Below are positions 56,136 through 64,000 of a DNA stretch of 64,000 nt, piece after piece. Both the position numbers and the translations under genes were made by a program. The stretch spans positions 1-64,000 of IMG/VR virus record IMGVR_UViG_3300042305_001773; one strand, 5' to 3'. The notes beneath the pieces were generated by a model, which was not told where the DNA came from, did not search any database, and was given only the letters and a program-made list of their open reading frames with translations. The stretch's first letter is position 1, and each line of letters begins with the position of its first letter.

Positions 56136-56428
56136 GTCGGCTCCTTCAGGTCGTCGAGCGTTGTCTTCAAACCAAAACCACGATCGGTCAGATATCGCCC
56201 GACCAGATCGCCGACATCCATGACGCTCAGGTTTTCATACACCCGCTGCGACTCCGTCGGGCTGTATGCGCCAAAGCACGTCACCTTCAGCATGATGGGT
56301 GATCCATTGTCAGTCACTTCGATATCCTCGATGTGCCCCAGCTGGTCGCCCACCATGCCGTCTTCCAGCGCGTGATTGCAGGCGTCACGCAGCGCCTCCA
56401 CGAACCAACGAACTGTGTGCTTGCTCAC
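56132..56428 (-). CDS. Hypothetical protein
   Basis: GTGA-coupled start VSKHTVRWF. Confidence 0.55.
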   Translation of the reverse strand: MSKHTVRWFVEALRDACNHALEDGMVGDQLGHIEDIEVTDNGSPIMLKVTCFGAYSPTESQRVYENLSVMDVGDLVGRYLTDRGFGLKTTLDDLKEPT

Positions 56429-56712
56429 AGCGCCGCCTCTTTGGGTTTGGGATTCGCCTCGTTCTCCAGCTGCTGCCGGATCTGGTACATCCGGTCGATC
56501 AGCAACTCGGCCACGCCGCCGTGAGTTGAACACATTTGCAGGAAGTCCATCACCTCGGGCATGAGCGCCGTGAACGCCAGCACCGCCTCGTTGACCGTGG
56601 CGTGGTTGTGGAACTCCAGCAAGGTATTGCCGGTCTTGGGGTCTTCCACCCAGCCGCGTAGATGGGCCGGCGTGGCCTGACTTCCGAGCGGTTTGAGCCG
56701 AATATTGAGCAT
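56425..56712 (-). CDS. Hypothetical protein
   Basis: ORF track; operonic. Confidence 0.6.
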   Translation of the reverse strand: MLNIRLKPLGSQATPAHLRGWVEDPKTGNTLLEFHNHATVNEAVLAFTALMPEVMDFLQMCSTHGGVAELLIDRMYQIRQQLENEANPKPKEAAL

Positions 56713-56730
56713 AATTATTCCTCTTTAAAA

Positions 56731-57390
56731 TCACCCGATCGGTCCAATTGCCTGCTGCACGCGAGCAGGCAACACGACGTACTTCAGCATATTGATAGCT
56801 TTGTAGTCGTAACCTTCGACCTTCGGTTCTTCGTAGTTCAGCAGCCACAAAAACGGCTGATGAAACCAGTTGGCCAGAAAATGCCCGTGCTCGCGCAACT
56901 GCTTGAGATGCGTGAGTAGTCCTTCCCGGCCGTCGTAATATCCGGCCCACACCATCGTGCCGTCGGCCATCTCTTCGTATTCGCCAGATGACGTGTACTG
57001 ATACGCGCCATCCAGACTGGTCGGCACCCAGTTGTAATACACCTGAATTTTGTTAACAACAAATCTGTGGTTCATCTCAAACGATTCAGACGTTAACAAT
57101 AAGCCGGCTGGGTGCCACCAAATTTCGAACACATCTTCCGCGTAGTTGTGCGTCTCGTGGTATACCTTGTCAAACCCGTTGCGCTCAAACAGCTGCTGCG
57201 CGCCGGCGTAGCTCATGCTGAAGTGCGTGTCGCCCAACACAGAAAGCGCGTCTTCTTTTTCCTGCGCCAGCTGCTGCATCATGACAATGCCCAGCTTCGT
57301 GGCGTCATCACCGGGGCCGACGATCTTTTCTGCCTCGTCAAGCGTATCGCGCTTCAGCAGCTCCAGCGCATGTGTTTCCAATGCGTTCAA
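56731..57390 (-). CDS. Hypothetical protein
   Basis: 219 aa; AAGGAG RBS. Confidence 0.65.
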   Translation of the reverse strand: MNALETHALELLKRDTLDEAEKIVGPGDDATKLGIVMMQQLAQEKEDALSVLGDTHFSMSYAGAQQLFERNGFDKVYHETHNYAEDVFEIWWHPAGLLLTSESFEMNHRFVVNKIQVYYNWVPTSLDGAYQYTSSGEYEEMADGTMVWAGYYDGREGLLTHLKQLREHGHFLANWFHQPFLWLLNYEEPKVEGYDYKAINMLKYVVLPARVQQAIGPIG

Positions 57391-57393
57391 TTT

Positions 57394-57612
57394 CTACTCC
57401 TTTGTGAAAAGAAACGTATCGTTCACCAATTCAATCTTTGACGGCATGTTTGTATTGTTAACAAGCCGTACACTTGGGTCGTCCACCATCTGACCGTTGA
57501 TCTTGCACCGACCCGTCACAATCTCGCGCCGAATCAACGACTCCGGCATGTCTGTCTTTGTCGCCAGCCAGTCCACGAGCGACACCCCGACAATCGGCTC
57601 TGCTTCGCTCAT
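57394..57612 (-). CDS. S4-like RNA-binding small protein
   Basis: IRREIVTGRCKINGQMVDDP resembles an S4 motif. Confidence 0.5.
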   Translation of the reverse strand: MSEAEPIVGVSLVDWLATKTDMPESLIRREIVTGRCKINGQMVDDPSVRLVNNTNMPSKIELVNDTFLFTKE

Positions 57613-58226
57613 TAGTCCCACAACCCCTGATAGTACTTACCGAACAGAGTCGTCCCGCGGCGGATACGCTCCTCGTGGGCTTTCAAACCTTCGATATCGA
57701 CCTTCAAATTGCTGTAGTGCTTTTCAAAGTTATCAATATCGGCCAGCTCCTCGCGGCCAGTGTAAAACGGGTCGTCGTGGTCTGGGTCATTGAGCTGTTC
57801 AAACGCCCAGATCATTTCGCCTAAAATCCAGTTCCACCGCGCCTCGTGGTTAGCGTCGGTGGGGTCGTAGCGCTGCTCTTTCGCTGTACGAGGCGTGGCA
57901 GCTGTTGACCGAAGCTCTTCAGGCACATCGTCGTCGTCCGTAAACGGGCTGCCATGCTGGGTATCCCGCAGCTGCTTGAGCAGCGGCAGGATAATTGGCG
58001 CCAGCGTGGCATCGACACTCCACGTGTCGTAGTAGTGGAGTTTTATGACTTTCTTCTGCTCGCGGAACCGACCATGAAACCACTCGCAGAACGGGCCGAA
58101 CCACGTTTTGTTCAAGCGTTCGCCGAGCTTGTCGCAGCGGTCTTCCGAAAAGCCGACGTACTGCAGCAAGTTTGCCAGCTGATATGGACCCCACCATTTC
58201 TTGGGCGGGCCGATGTAAACTTTCAC
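57612..58226 (-). CDS. Phage hypothetical protein
   Basis: YDTWSVDATLAPII..., LFGKYYQGLWD. Confidence 0.7.
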   Translation of the reverse strand: MKVYIGPPKKWWGPYQLANLLQYVGFSEDRCDKLGERLNKTWFGPFCEWFHGRFREQKKVIKLHYYDTWSVDATLAPIILPLLKQLRDTQHGSPFTDDDDVPEELRSTAATPRTAKEQRYDPTDANHEARWNWILGEMIWAFEQLNDPDHDDPFYTGREELADIDNFEKHYSNLKVDIEGLKAHEERIRRGTTLFGKYYQGLWD

Positions 58227-58525
58227 GATGCACTCCTTGCGGGTTTACTAAATCTTGGAAACGCGTGCTTACAGTCCGGGCACATCCAGTACGAAACACC
58301 GTCGTAGTGATCTGGATGGTCGTAGGGCAACTCGACGCCAATGATGCGCGAGAATTTGTGCGGCGGCGGATAGCACTCTTGAATGTACGCCCGCAACTCG
58401 TCGTCACTCTTGTCCTTGCACCAGTCCTGCGGGCGCAACACGTCAAAGATATCTCCGGCGCACCAGTTAGCGCCGCACTCGGGACACCGACCGTGGTGAT
58501 CAAGTTTTAGAGGTTCAACTGACAT
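58223..58525 (-). CDS. Zn-ribbon hypothetical protein
   Basis: CPECG...YDGVSYWMCPDC. Confidence 0.65.
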   Translation of the reverse strand: MSVEPLKLDHHGRCPECGANWCAGDIFDVLRPQDWCKDKSDDELRAYIQECYPPPHKFSRIIGVELPYDHPDHYDGVSYWMCPDCKHAFPRFSKPARSAS

Positions 58526-58784
58526 TTGCAGCTCCTTCTTCTTTGGGAAGCACTACGTAGTTATCGACTCCCGGCAGCAGCATCAGCCGTCTGCCGTTAT
58601 CCCACGCGACACCAATCTGATGCCACTCTTTTGGCCCGTCCATATTGACAAGCGTTATCGTGCCCTCCAATCCCGCAGACATGCCCTCTTCTTCAGGCAT
58701 CCACGTCGAGTTGGCATTAATCATTTTGCTTAGCAGTCTTATCCGCCGGCCTACTAACGGATGATCTTGTCCGTCCAGAATCAT
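58515..58784 (-). CDS. DUF4314-like protein
   Basis: GRRIRLLSM-like start, GLEGTI, QIGVAWDNGRRLMLLPGVD. Confidence 0.6.
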   Translation of the reverse strand: MILDGQDHPLVGRRIRLLSKMINANSTWMPEEEGMSAGLEGTITLVNMDGPKEWHQIGVAWDNGRRLMLLPGVDNYVVLPKEEGAANVS

Positions 58785-58794
58785 GACGCGCTCC

Positions 58795-59097
58795 TCACTC
58801 GGTTTCGCCAAAATCACACAGATCTTCCAGCGGCACGCGCGCGCCGTACCCGGTTTCTTTTGTCAGATCCTCAGTGATACCCACGTCGCCAAAGCGCGAA
58901 ACCATCACAATTTTGACGCGGGTACCGGCTGGGCACATGACCTTATCAAACTGCGGTTCGTTGCCAACCCACCTCTGTTTGTAGTTCCACATCTCCACGG
59001 GTTTGCGGAGCGTGGCAAACTTGTACTGCCACGTGTCGGGCTTGTGCGGCACCCAACCCTGATCCATCGCGTGTCCTTCCAGCGTTTCAGCAGGCAT
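58795..59097 (-). CDS. Hypothetical protein
   Basis: AAGGAG RBS. Confidence 0.6.
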   Translation of the reverse strand: MPAETLEGHAMDQGWVPHKPDTWQYKFATLRKPVEMWNYKQRWVGNEPQFDKVMCPAGTRVKIVMVSRFGDVGITEDLTKETGYGARVPLEDLCDFGETE

Positions 59098-59133
59098 TGC
59101 GCCCTCCTTGGTTACAGCCAATAGAAAAAAAGA

Positions 59134-59265
59134 AACCGGGCTGGGCCATTTACGCCCCGGCCCATTATCTAAGCCCAGCTGCAGCTGTTCTTAGTACTCC
59201 CCCACGTCGGCAGCACGCCACGAGATTCCCCGCAGCGGTATCCGAAGGCAAGGAGTCACCCGGTT
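59134..59265 (-). ncRNA. Structured ncRNA candidate (multi-way junction)
   Basis: AACCGGG/CCCGGTT closing stem, three internal stems, followed by a T-tract. Confidence 0.5.
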
Positions 59266-59466
59266 AAACAACGTTGTGCTCAGGTATGCTAGCTGGCACG
59301 GGATATCGGTCTTGGGGCTCGGGCATACCATACCACCCTAGTTTCCTAATCCGCTACGTTGTGTGTTCTAAATGCCGATGCTGGGCACTACTCCAGCAGT
59401 TTTAATCGCGTGCTCGGCATTCACACACACGACGATAAAGGGCAACGCTAGCTAGTCGTGCCCTCA

Positions 59467-59807
59467 TGGAGGCGGCGGGAATCGAACCCGCGTCCAGAAT
59501 GGTTTCCACGTAAACGTCTACATCGTTAGCGCGTTGTTCTCACACTACGCGCAAAGCCAGCCGATTATCGGCGTCAGGTGGGCTACCACCATCTTTGGCT
59601 GTCTCTCCAGCCTGTCCGCCGTCTTCCCGGCTTCCAGCGTGATGGGCGATAACGTCACGCGCGTTACCCGGTCACTGCTCAGGCAGCGAGAGCGGGGACA
59701 CTGTTGAAAGTGCCAATTAACATGTAATCGATTTTTATGCTGGCCCTTCGATCAACCAGCCGATGCAATCTACGCTTCTCTCCATCTGTCGATACCAGTA
59801 CGCCCCC
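59467..59807 (-). ncRNA. ssrA: tmRNA; tag (A)GTFNSVPALAA*
   Basis: GGGGGCG/CGCCTCCA acceptor with G3-U70; GGACGCGGGTTCGATTCCCGC T-arm; tag ORF ending ALAA-TGA. Confidence 0.93.
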
Positions 59808-60031
59808 TTAAGTTGTTGGCTGTATTCCCATTGTGAGCTTACGGCGGGTAGACCCGCCTTCATTTACCGCTGGCTCTTTTGTACGTAATTTATCCAGCAG
59901 CACCAACAACTAAATCGAAAAAGCCTCGCCGCAGGGCTGTGGTCATATCGAGTATGTTGTACCCTCCCACAATTTAAGGTAGTTAACTTTCCCCTGCATT
60001 TCGCAGCGCTGTACACACGCTGCCGAGACAA

Positions 60032-60105
60032 TAACCCGGGTGGGAGTCGAACCCACAACAAGTAGATCCTAAGTCTACCGCCTCTGCCAGTTGGGCTACC
60101 GAGTT
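60032..60105 (-). tRNA. tRNA-Leu(UAG), short variable loop
   Basis: Cloverleaf; GTAGA-CTTAGGA-TCTAC. Confidence 0.88.
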
Positions 60106-60109
60106 ATAT

Positions 60110-60182
60110 TGACCCCACGGGGATTCGAACCCCGGTAAACGGAACGAAAATCCGTTGTCCTAGGCCACTAGACGATGGGGCC
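60110..60182 (-). tRNA. tRNA-Glu(UUC)
   Basis: Cloverleaf; ACGGA-TTTTCGT-TCCGT. Confidence 0.9.
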
Positions 60183-60190
60183 GCGTGCGC

Positions 60191-60331
60191 CTAAGTATTG
60201 TCCGCGCACTCTTTCTTTTCAAGCAGCCGCTCTGTTTTCCAGAACAGACGCTTTCCGAACTTCTTCATGTGCTTGTTCCAGCCCATAATTTTTGGGCGCA
60301 CATGCAGCAGTCCGCGCTTTTTTGTGGTCAT
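60191..60331 (-). CDS. Small basic protein, 46 aa
   Basis: MTTKKRGLLHVRPKIMGWNKHMKKFGKRLFWKTER...; AAGGA RBS. Confidence 0.5.
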   Translation of the reverse strand: MTTKKRGLLHVRPKIMGWNKHMKKFGKRLFWKTERLLEKKECADNT

Positions 60332-60357
60332 GCTGTTCCTTTGATAACAAAACCCAG

Positions 60358-60428
60358 TAGCCCGCCGAGGAGTCGAACCCCGCGTTGCGAGTTAATAAGA
60401 CTCGCTTGCCAACCGGTTTCCGCGGGCC
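60358..60428 (-). tRNA. Atypical tRNA-like RNA, anticodon UAU (Ile?)
   Basis: Good acceptor stem and T-arm; 6-bp anticodon stem; U37; degenerate D-arm. Confidence 0.55.
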
Positions 60429-60491
60429 GCGTGGGTGGGGCGCCAGAGGCTTGGGCTACCTCCAGCGCCCCACCGTCAGCGAGTCTAACGC

Positions 60492-60854
60492 TTACCGGTA
60501 GCGCTTGCACGCATACCAGCGGCCATCCCTGCCACGCGCGACCCCTTGGTCAACGACCGCTCTGCCGCTATTGCTGTAGCAGCAGTTTCCCAGCGCCTGC
60601 TCGGGTGTTGAGCCCATGCCGACGCCCTCCATTCCAGAGTTTCCCCCGTAATGTCCCATGCGGCCATTGCTGGCCTGCAGCTCGGCTACGCCCTGCGCCG
60701 AACCGGTGTGCCCGGCATAAGACGTAGCGTACGAGTAGGACTTTGCAGGAGCCTGAACCTGAGACGGTGTGTAGGAACGACGGTGTCGCGGGGCAGCATG
60801 CGCAACGCTGACCAGCGAAAGAACGACGGCTACACACATGAGAAAACGGAACAT
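60492..60854 (-). CDS. Secreted protein with minimal CAP/SCP-like domain
   Basis: Signal peptide; MGH...EGVG...CCY...WYACKRY. Confidence 0.6.
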   Translation of the reverse strand: MFRFLMCVAVVLSLVSVAHAAPRHRRSYTPSQVQAPAKSYSYATSYAGHTGSAQGVAELQASNGRMGHYGGNSGMEGVGMGSTPEQALGNCCYSNSGRAVVDQGVARGRDGRWYACKRYR

Positions 60855-60921
60855 AACGATCCTCCGTGACCCCGCTGCGGGTGTGCGCAGCGTGAAAAGA
60901 AACAGGCCCCACACCGGGCAG

Positions 60922-60995
60922 TAGGCGCAAAGGGACTCGAACCCCTAACCCCCTGCGTGTAAAGCAGGTGCTCTGACCAATTGAGCTATGCGCCT
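60922..60995 (-). tRNA. tRNA-Val(UAC)
   Basis: Cloverleaf; CCTGC-TTTACAC-GCAGG. Confidence 0.92.
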
Positions 60996-61001
60996 ACAGG
61001 T

Positions 61002-61388
61002 CTAGCTGTACTTGCCACGCCATTTGTCAAAGCGCAGCATGTACCAGTTCCACCGGTCACGAACGCGCCGACCCTGTCGTCGGAGGCCACGGCAAAACCG
61101 CAGCCACGGCGTGTTCAAGCCGTTTTCGGTGAGGTACTTTCGGTACGACCATTGAACAGCCTCGTCTGATCCGGCATCAGTTATCGCCAGATCACACGCG
61201 TCGCAACGCAGGCACGGCACAGCATACACCGGTACCTGATGTATCTTACCGTCAATGCGCATGTCGTACACGTCTTTGAACGTATACGCTCTCATGGTCT
61301 CGCCGCACTGGTAACAGCAAACCGGCCTGTATACACAGGTGGACTGCTTTAACAAGTTGGGCGACAGAATGTTTTGATCCACTGACAA
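61002..61388 (-). CDS. MqsA/YgiT-type Zn-ribbon protein
   Basis: CYQCG...VPCLRCDAC. Confidence 0.55.
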   Translation of the reverse strand: MSVDQNILSPNLLKQSTCVYRPVCCYQCGETMRAYTFKDVYDMRIDGKIHQVPVYAVPCLRCDACDLAITDAGSDEAVQWSYRKYLTENGLNTPWLRFCRGLRRQGRRVRDRWNWYMLRFDKWRGKYS

Positions 61389-61404
61389 CTCCTTTCTATC
61401 AGAT

Positions 61405-61477
61405 TAGGATCGGTGGGACTCGAACCCACACTGGGAGGATTTTAAGTCCTCTGCCTCTGCCATTGGGCTACGATCCC
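61405..61477 (-). tRNA. tRNA-Leu(UAA), short variable loop
   Basis: Cloverleaf; GAGGA-CTTAAAA-TCCTC. Confidence 0.9.
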
Positions 61478-61487
61478 CCGCCGCTGT

Positions 61488-61775
61488 TCACACCAGCGTG
61501 GTTTCTTCGGGCGCCGGGTACTGCTCAGGATGAGCGATGTGCCGGAACAACGCACGCCCAGTGTCGCTGTGCGTGCCGAACATATCCCGGCGGTGCATCG
61601 TCTGCTCAACCATCTCGAACGCCTGCCGCAGGTGCAGGTATTGCGAGTAGGTTAACGGCATCCCGTTATCCAGCAGCGGCTCCAGCGCGTCGCGCAGTTT
61701 GCGCAGCTCGACGGGCAGGCGGTCGTTGTAATAGCTCGCCGTTCGTTCAAATTCATCGCGTTCGTGTGTCACCAT
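61488..61775 (-). CDS. Hypothetical protein
   Basis: ORF track. Confidence 0.5.
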   Translation of the reverse strand: MVTHERDEFERTASYYNDRLPVELRKLRDALEPLLDNGMPLTYSQYLHLRQAFEMVEQTMHRRDMFGTHSDTGRALFRHIAHPEQYPAPEETTLV

Positions 61776-61986
61776 TCCAGACGTACCTCTTGTCGCCAAT
61801 CTGGCACCACCACCGCTGCCCGTCGTTCCAGTAGACGGGAGTCACAGACGGCGATGGGGGTTGCAGCGTTGTCGGCGCGGGATGCGCCTTCTGATACTCT
61901 TCATAGCTCTGCCACGCGATTCCCGCAAGCATCAGCAACGCCGTCACCAAACCAATCACATTGCCCTTGATTTCAATACCCTTCAT
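61753..61986 (-). CDS. Small membrane protein
   Basis: AAGGAGG RBS; TM segment. Confidence 0.6.
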   Translation of the reverse strand: MKGIEIKGNVIGLVTALLMLAGIAWQSYEEYQKAHPAPTTLQPPSPSVTPVYWNDGQRWWCQIGDKRYVWNGDTRTR

Positions 61987-62031
61987 TTCAAAACCTCCTT
62001 GTTTGGAAATGACCTTCAAACAACAAAACAT

Positions 62032-62102
62032 TGGGACCGCTGGGAATCGAACCCAGACCGAGGGATTAAAAGTCCCCTGCTCGACCTTCGAGCTACGGTC
62101 CC
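62032..62102 (-). tRNA. tRNA-Lys(UUU)
   Basis: Cloverleaf; GGGGA-CTTTTAA-TCCCT. Confidence 0.9.
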
Positions 62103-62108
62103 CCGCGT

Positions 62109-62693
62109 TTAACGCACGCGTGCGTTCGTGAGTCGGCACGACCCGTCCGCGCAGTCACGGCCTTCCGATTGCGCCTGCAAAGCTTCACGCGTCACTTCTT
62201 GCGGCATGCTACCCATTTCGTGGATGCGCCACTTACCGCGGACCTTGTGCATGATCAGTTTGAACTCGCACAACTCCCACGGCGGCAGCATAGCGCTCCG
62301 CTCCCGAAACTCCGAGTACGGCAGTTCTTCGCCGTCTTTGCCGGCCATTGTTTCTTGGACGACATTGACGACCACAACCTGACCGCGATCATCAGCCTCG
62401 ACGAAATCGACGCGCACGACGCGCATGTAGCAGTCGACTTCGTCAAAGAACTGCTTCAGCTCGTCGGTGAACTGTTCCTGATTCGGAAAGTTCGGAGTCA
62501 TCGTACCAATCACACCCTCAACACTTTCCATGTTGCTGGCGTGAAAGTTCTCCTGCACGACGGTCTCGATCAACTGCATTTCTTTGCGGCCGCGGGCGTT
62601 CAGCTCGCCACCGAAAGAGATGCCTGACCACATCATGAAAACCGCGAACGTCAACAAAACCACAGAACCCATGAGCTTGAACAACTTAATCAT
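62109..62693 (-). CDS. Membrane-anchored NTF2-like protein
   Basis: N-terminal TM segment; ..HKVRGKWRI end motif. Confidence 0.55.
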   Translation of the reverse strand: MIKLFKLMGSVVLLTFAVFMMWSGISFGGELNARGRKEMQLIETVVQENFHASNMESVEGVIGTMTPNFPNQEQFTDELKQFFDEVDCYMRVVRVDFVEADDRGQVVVVNVVQETMAGKDGEELPYSEFRERSAMLPPWELCEFKLIMHKVRGKWRIHEMGSMPQEVTREALQAQSEGRDCADGSCRLTNARVR

Positions 62694-62874
62694 CTCGCTG
62701 ACTCCTTGTTAAGCACATCTCAGCAAAACCGCCTAAAGCGGCCCAACCAAGAAATGCACCTGTTAGGTCTACTGCGTCTCCCATTTGGAAGGACCGCGCC
62801 GCAAATAGCCCAAGTACGGCGCCGGCCACAGTACACGTAACAATCAAGATCTCACGCATAATCGGGTATGGCAT
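62686..62874 (-). CDS. Small membrane protein
   Basis: Two TM segments; GAGGAGG RBS. Confidence 0.55.
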   Translation of the reverse strand: MPYPIMREILIVTCTVAGAVLGLFAARSFQMGDAVDLTGAFLGWAALGGFAEMCLTRSQRDD

Positions 62875-62975
62875 GGCATCCTCCTCGCATAGCCCGAATG
62901 TGTGTGCTCAATCCCGCAAACACGTATTTGCGGGGCACAAAGAATATGCCTTGATATTGCCAGATATTTAGGCAA

Positions 62976-64000
62976 TCAGGCGGGGGCGCAAACAGGCCCG
63001 TCACAGCGTTTTTGCTCAACCCAATTGGGCGGCAACGTATACCAGCCTTTGTCGTAAAGCTGGTAGATCTTTTGAAACGCTTCGTCATACATAGCGCCGC
63101 ATGCTTCAAGACTGTAGGTGCTGCGGGCGGCTTTTGCAATTGCAGCGCGGTCAAGGTCGCGTACTTTGGTGAGGGCCTGCATCCAGTCAGCCAACGTCTT
63201 GCAGCGAAATCCGTTGACGCCGTTTTGTACCGTTTCAGTGAACGCGCCGTAATCTGTTGCGATGAGCGGCGTACCGCACAGCAGACCCTCGACACCAGAG
63301 CCGCCAAACGGCTCAATAAAGTTAGTGGGCATGAGCGAGCAAATAGCGTTGCGCATAAAATCACTGCGCTCGCGACCAGCCAGCGGACCCTTGTACACGA
63401 TGTTCGGGTGCGCCCAACGTGTGTGATCGCCCTGCCCGCACAGCACGATCTTGGCGCTGCGATCTATGTTGGGTAAAAACTTGGCAATTTCATATAGCGT
63501 GTCGAGCCCTTTGCAAGCGTCAATACGACCGAGAAACGCGTAATACGAGCCGGGCTTGAAGCTGGGCTGCCAGTCTTCGATATCAAAATAGTTCGGGATC
63601 ACGAACTCGTAGTGCGCACCTTGCCGCCCATCTTTACCGGCGTGATAGTGCCGCCACGCGTAGCTCTCAAATATCTTAATCGTGCCGTCAACCAGTGTGG
63701 GGTAGCCAATGCCAGTTTCAACGTGAGTGTTGTCAGGGAAGTCTTGCAGCAGCCGTGAGTGCGCGTGGCCGAACGGGTGGCAGATGATGTCGCGCGGTTT
63801 GACCCGTTGCTTCATCGCCGGAACAAGGCGTTCTTCAAACAACCGATGATGCGGCGCGCCGACTGTGGCGTTGTCTCCATGAAACGCTTTCTTGTCACGA
63901 TTGCCCAGCATGTTTTCAAATTCGTCATGCGTGAGCATTTCTACTTTCTCGTCAGCCAGACTTTCACTGCCGGCGTTCGCGTACTCAATGACGCGATACC
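62976..64000 (-). CDS. GT4-family glycosyltransferase (starts outside window)
   Basis: FLGRIDACKG; EPFGGSGVEGLLCGTPLIATDYGAFTETV. Confidence 0.9.
   Translation of the reverse strand, partial: YRVIEYANAGSESLADEKVEMLTHDEFENMLGNRDKKAFHGDNATVGAPHHRLFEERLVPAMKQRVKPRDIICHPFGHAHSRLLQDFPDNTHVETGIGYPTLVDGTIKIFESYAWRHYHAGKDGRQGAHYEFVIPNYFDIEDWQPSFKPGSYYAFLGRIDACKGLDTLYEIAKFLPNIDRSAKIVLCGQGDHTRWAHPNIVYKGPLAGRERSDFMRNAICSLMPTNFIEPFGGSGVEGLLCGTPLIATDYGAFTETVQNGVNGFRCKTLADWMQALTKVRDLDRAAIAKAARSTYSLEACGAMYDEAFQKIYQLYDKGWYTLPPNWVEQKRCDGPVCAPA

Noticed and set aside
59425-59466. HDV-like (theta) ribozyme just 3' of tmRNA
   Set aside because: P1- and P2-like pairings exist, but there is no room for P3/L3 and no catalytic J4/2 C-purine segment.
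59864-60061. 65-aa ORF in the track
   Set aside because: Begins inside tRNA-Leu(UAG); no RBS or recognisable motif.
423-63476. Many long plus-strand ORFs in the track
   Set aside because: Antisense shadows of GC-rich minus-strand genes; only the thioredoxin has an RBS and recognisable motifs.
1-64000. Stop-codon reassignment
   Set aside because: Conserved genes are intact in code 11, TAA, TAG and TGA all end genes, and no clear suppressor tRNA is present.

Overview
Window from a large tailed-phage genome; nearly all genes are on the minus strand. The host is plausibly a planctomycete, which is inference from gene content only. 1-10.4 kb: head module (major capsid N-terminus, decoration-like protein, scaffold-like proteins, prohead protease). 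10.5-17.7 kb: two-gene multisubunit RNA polymerase, with beta fused to the beta' N-half and the beta' C-half separate. By manual scan it has no cysteine and has lost both Zn sites. 17.7-50 kb: Gly-rich and enzyme-carrying (poly)proteins punctuated by K-x-A motifs, lysis-like membrane proteins and proteases, an actin-like ATPase and auxiliary genes (PhoH, dCMP deaminase, ferritin-like, AlkB-like). 46.8-55.2 kb: short transcription units sharing a fixed-spacing phage promoter (CTAAATAAA-N14-YATATYTAGT) and bounded by an inverted GCTGATAKCTAAAWAAA motif. 59-62 kb: tmRNA and a tRNA cluster. Several unassigned structured ncRNA candidates occur at 27.9, 31.8, 55.3 and 59.1 kb. Best candidate new system (inference): a virion-packaged, injected transcription and effector kit made of the Cys-free RNAP, a poxvirus D6/D11-like helicase and KxA-cleaved cargo polyproteins, with its own promoter class.
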